NCBI GenBank assembly: GCA_049320885.1
Contig: JBMORA010000035.1
Location: 46,369 to 110,368, forward strand
DNA from: Thermodesulfobacteriota bacterium
GTDB taxonomy: Bacteria; Desulfobacterota; Desulfobacteria; Desulfobacterales; SURF-7
Length of the DNA stretch: 64,000 nt
Direction of reading: 5' to 3'
The notes beneath the pieces are model-generated. The model did no database searches. It saw only the letters and a list, made by a program, of their open reading frames with translations, and was not told the origin of the DNA. Positions 61,440 through 64,000 of the stretch are shown here, one piece after another (the stretch's first letter is position 1; each line of letters opens with the position of its first letter). The position numbers were made by a program, and so were the translations under genes.

Positions 61440-61730
61440 CTAATAAAAAACAAAAGACAGGCCTTTATTCTTTATCGCTGAAAAATGATTGCGGTCCGTG
61501 GTATGGATTTCGTTGCACCCGGCCTGCATGAACGTGGCCAATATCATCGCATCGACATGGGGAACCATTCTGCCGGCTTTCAAAGAAGCCGCCTTTTCCA
61601 CGATGAGCCGGTTCACCTCGACCACCCGAGCGGAAAAGGCGATGTTATCCACCATTTCTTTGCCGATATCCGATTGTCCGGTCCGAAAGGCGATATACAG
61701 CAATTCTCCCAGGGTCAACACTGAAACCAC
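61440..61730 (-). pseudogene. Second PIN-domain fragment
   Basis: SVLTLGEL, DAMILAT and TTD..HF motifs; N-terminus missing. Confidence 0.7.
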
Positions 61731-61913
61731 TGGTGCGTTTTGTGTTGCATCCCATCATCCGGAGTCGTTACCGTGGCATCCGTCCATTCAAAAGGCACCT
61801 ATATTCTCATCCTGCAACTGGAAAACGATCAACGAATCCGAATCGGCAGGCTGGGACGGTTCGAATTTCAAAAGGGCTGGTATGCGTATGTCGGTAGCGC
61901 CTTCGGCCCGGGC
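61567..61913 (+). repeat. 347-bp direct repeat, copy 1 (copy 2 at 62671-63017)
   Basis: Near-identical by direct comparison; flanks the Y1 element. Confidence 0.93.
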
Positions 61914-62670
61914 TGCCGGGTGCCGGGGTCGCACCAAGTTAACATCTTGATTTAAAATTTTAATTGGATTATGAGAGCCTTGATTTCATAGCGATAATGC
62001 ATTTTTTACCCCCAAAAAGATCGATATTGAGGAGTTTTTGTGGCGCGTGCTTATCGACATTACATTCCCGGACATATCTGGTATATCACCCATCAGTCTA
62101 CGCATTGGGCTTCGACTTGACAAGTCGATGGCATAAGCGGGAATTCTTGTTGAAATTCTCAAAGGACCGCCACCGATGGCTTCAATGGCGCTATGAAGCG
62201 AGAAAACGATACGGACTGAAAATTCTGGATTATACGGTGACATCCAATCACGGCGGCTATAATGAGATACAGGTGCCCCGGAAAAAATGTGTTCTGATTG
62301 ATTATGAAGAGGTTCGGAGATTGACCGGATTTACGGATTTTTCGAATTTACAAATCGCGCATCGCAAATGGGTGAACGCAGCGGTATCCAATTCAGACCT
62401 GCAGAGGGAATCGATGTGGATGCAATCAATCGCCGTTGGCAGCCGATCTTTTATGGCATTGATAAAGAAAAAAATGAATTTCCTGGCAATCGGACGTTCC
62501 ATCCGGCAAGCTGAAAATTGTTCCGAGTTACGTGAAGACGAGGGTTTCTATAATTGCTTTTTTGGGGTCAAAAACAGCGATATTGGCCCAAAAAATACAT
62601 ATTGCTGGAACATTAATCCTGAAATATCTTCCTGTTAACTTGGTGCGACCCGGATCCAAACCCGGATCCA
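61914..62670 (+). mobile_element. Internally deleted Y1/HUH (RAYT-like) transposase element with 19-bp terminal inverted repeats
   Basis: Perfect IR GGGTCGCACCAAGTTAACA (61926-61944) / TGTTAACTTGGTGCGACCC (62633-62651); ORF ...KRYGLKILDYTVTSNH then jumps to GGYNEIQ. Confidence 0.78.
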
Positions 62671-62843
62671 ATTCTGCCGGCTTTCAAAGAAGCCGCCTTT
62701 TCCACGATGAGCCGGTTCACCTCGACCACCCGAGCGGAAAAGGCGATGTTATCCACCATTTCTTTGCCGATATCCGATTGTCCGGTCCGAAAGGCGATAT
62801 ACAGCAATTCTCCCAGGGTCAACACTGAAACCACTGGTGCGTT

Positions 62844-63317
62844 TTGTGTTGCATCCCATCATCCGGAGTCGTTACCGTGGCATCCGTCCATTCAAAAGGC
62901 ACCTATATTCTCATCCTGCAACTGGAAAACGATCAACGAATCCGAATCGGCAGGCTGGGCCGGTTCGAATTTCAAAAGGGCTGGTATGCGTATGTCGGTA
63001 GCGCCTTCGGCCCGGGCGGCTTGACGGCCAGAATCGGCCATCACCTGAAAAAAGCGGTAAAACCCCACTGGCACATCGATTATCTGCGCAAATCAACCGA
63101 AATCCGTGAAGTCTGGGTTTGCGAACAGGAGCGATGGGAGCATACCATTGCCGGCTTGTTGTTGAAGCTGGAGGGCGCCTCTGTTCCGGCGCCGGGATTC
63201 GGCAGTTCCGATTGCAGATGTCAAAGCCACCTCGTGCATTTCCGGGAATATCCCGACGTGGGTGAACTGAAAAATGAGAATGAATGTGCGATGGGGTCAT
63301 TAAAACTTGCATTTTAA
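62844..63317 (+). CDS. DUF123-type GIY-YIG nuclease; a truncated copy lies at 61740-61913
   Basis: KGTYIL, YAYVGSAFGPGGL, HWHIDYL and GFGSSDCRC.SHL motifs; start uncertain. Confidence 0.8.
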   Translation: MCCIPSSGVVTVASVHSKGTYILILQLENDQRIRIGRLGRFEFQKGWYAYVGSAFGPGGLTARIGHHLKKAVKPHWHIDYLRKSTEIREVWVCEQERWEHTIAGLLLKLEGASVPAPGFGSSDCRCQSHLVHFREYPDVGELKNENECAMGSLKLAF

Positions 63318-63374
63318 GCTGATGGATCGCAATAAGTTTTACCAGTAAGAACCAAAAGTAAAAGAGAGGTTGCC

Positions 63375-63641
63375 ATGTCCGATGTCGAAACAACAAAGAT
63401 GTCTTCCAAAGGGCAGGTCGTCATTCCCGAGGCCATACGGAAAAAATTACAATTAAAGTCCGGTTCCCAATTCATTGTTGTTGCTGAAAAGGATGTTGTT
63501 ATTTTAAAAAATATCACGCCTCCATCAATCGACGAATTCGATGGACTCATTGTCGAAGCCCAGAAGAAAGCGAAAATGGCTGGACTGAAAAAATCTGATA
63601 TACGAGATGCGATTTCAAAGGTTCGCGGGAAGAAGAAATGA
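63375..63641 (+). CDS. AbrB/MazE/SpoVT-family antitoxin
   Basis: TKMSSKGQVVIPEAIRKKL. Confidence 0.88.
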   Translation: MSDVETTKMSSKGQVVIPEAIRKKLQLKSGSQFIVVAEKDVVILKNITPPSIDEFDGLIVEAQKKAKMAGLKKSDIRDAISKVRGKKK

Positions 63642-63834
63642 AAGTTATCCTTGATACGAACGTTTTCATATCAGGAATATACTTCAGCGGTTTGCCATCA
63701 ATAATTCTTAAAGAATGAGCAAACAAGAGATTCCAACTTATCCTTTCACAACGAATTATCAATGAATACCGACATGTTGCTTATGAGTTGGCAGATAAAT
63801 ACCCATCGATCCAAATATCGCCAATCATCGAATT
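63638..63834 (+). pseudogene. PIN-family toxin with an internal TGA, truncated by a transposase fragment
   Basis: MKVILDTNVFISG; stop at 63716-63718; ATGA overlap with the antitoxin. Confidence 0.78.
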
Positions 63835-64000
63835 GGAGATTGGCCGGATTTACGGATTTTTCGAATTTTCAAATCGCGCATCGCAAATGGGTGAACGCGG
63901 CGGTATCCAATTCAGACCTGCAGAGGGAATCGATGTGGACGCAATCAATCGCCGTTGGCAGCCGATCTTTTATGGAGTTGATAAAGAAAAAAATGAATTC
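63835..64000 (+). mobile_element. Second partial copy of the Y1 element, running off the window
   Basis: Near-identical to 62316-62480. Confidence 0.85.

Overview
Chromosomal window from a probable Desulfobacterota (deltaproteobacterial) genome; the taxon is inferred from gene content. Housekeeping flanks (msrAB and an ADP-forming acyl-CoA ligase at 0-4.1 kb; ppiD to trpBA at 45-61 kb) enclose about 40 kb of accessory DNA ending at the 3' end of a tRNA-Ala(GGC). The accessory region has three parts. (i) A sigma54 module: a PAS enhancer-binding protein and two converging operons with matching upstream palindromes, one led by an orphan groEL. (ii) A mosaic defence island at about 10-35.6 kb: two DUF1016 genes, AAA-DUF4143, SBD-HNH, an EcoAI/EcoEI-like type I RM system, AbiE, a NERD-helicase, ArdC, AlbA/DUF4062 ATP-binding proteins, IS3 and several duplicated fragments. 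(iii) A two-component and chemotaxis block. A second rearranged patch (61-64 kb) holds PIN toxin remnants and a deleted Y1/HUH transposase element flanked by a 347-bp duplication. The most unusual signals are small structured DNA elements. Four 20-21 nt palindromes (CCTGCCTGCCGGCAGGCAGG family) sit inside coding sequence around a GIY-YIG nuclease domain inserted in hsdS; the one 20-nt copy and the 277-nt nuclease insert restore each other's reading frame. A GxxExxY nuclease gene is bounded by 26-bp inverted repeats and has two gene-less sister copies. A family of about 123-bp hairpins separates consecutive defence genes like cassette spacers. All protein family calls come from motif recognition, not database searches.
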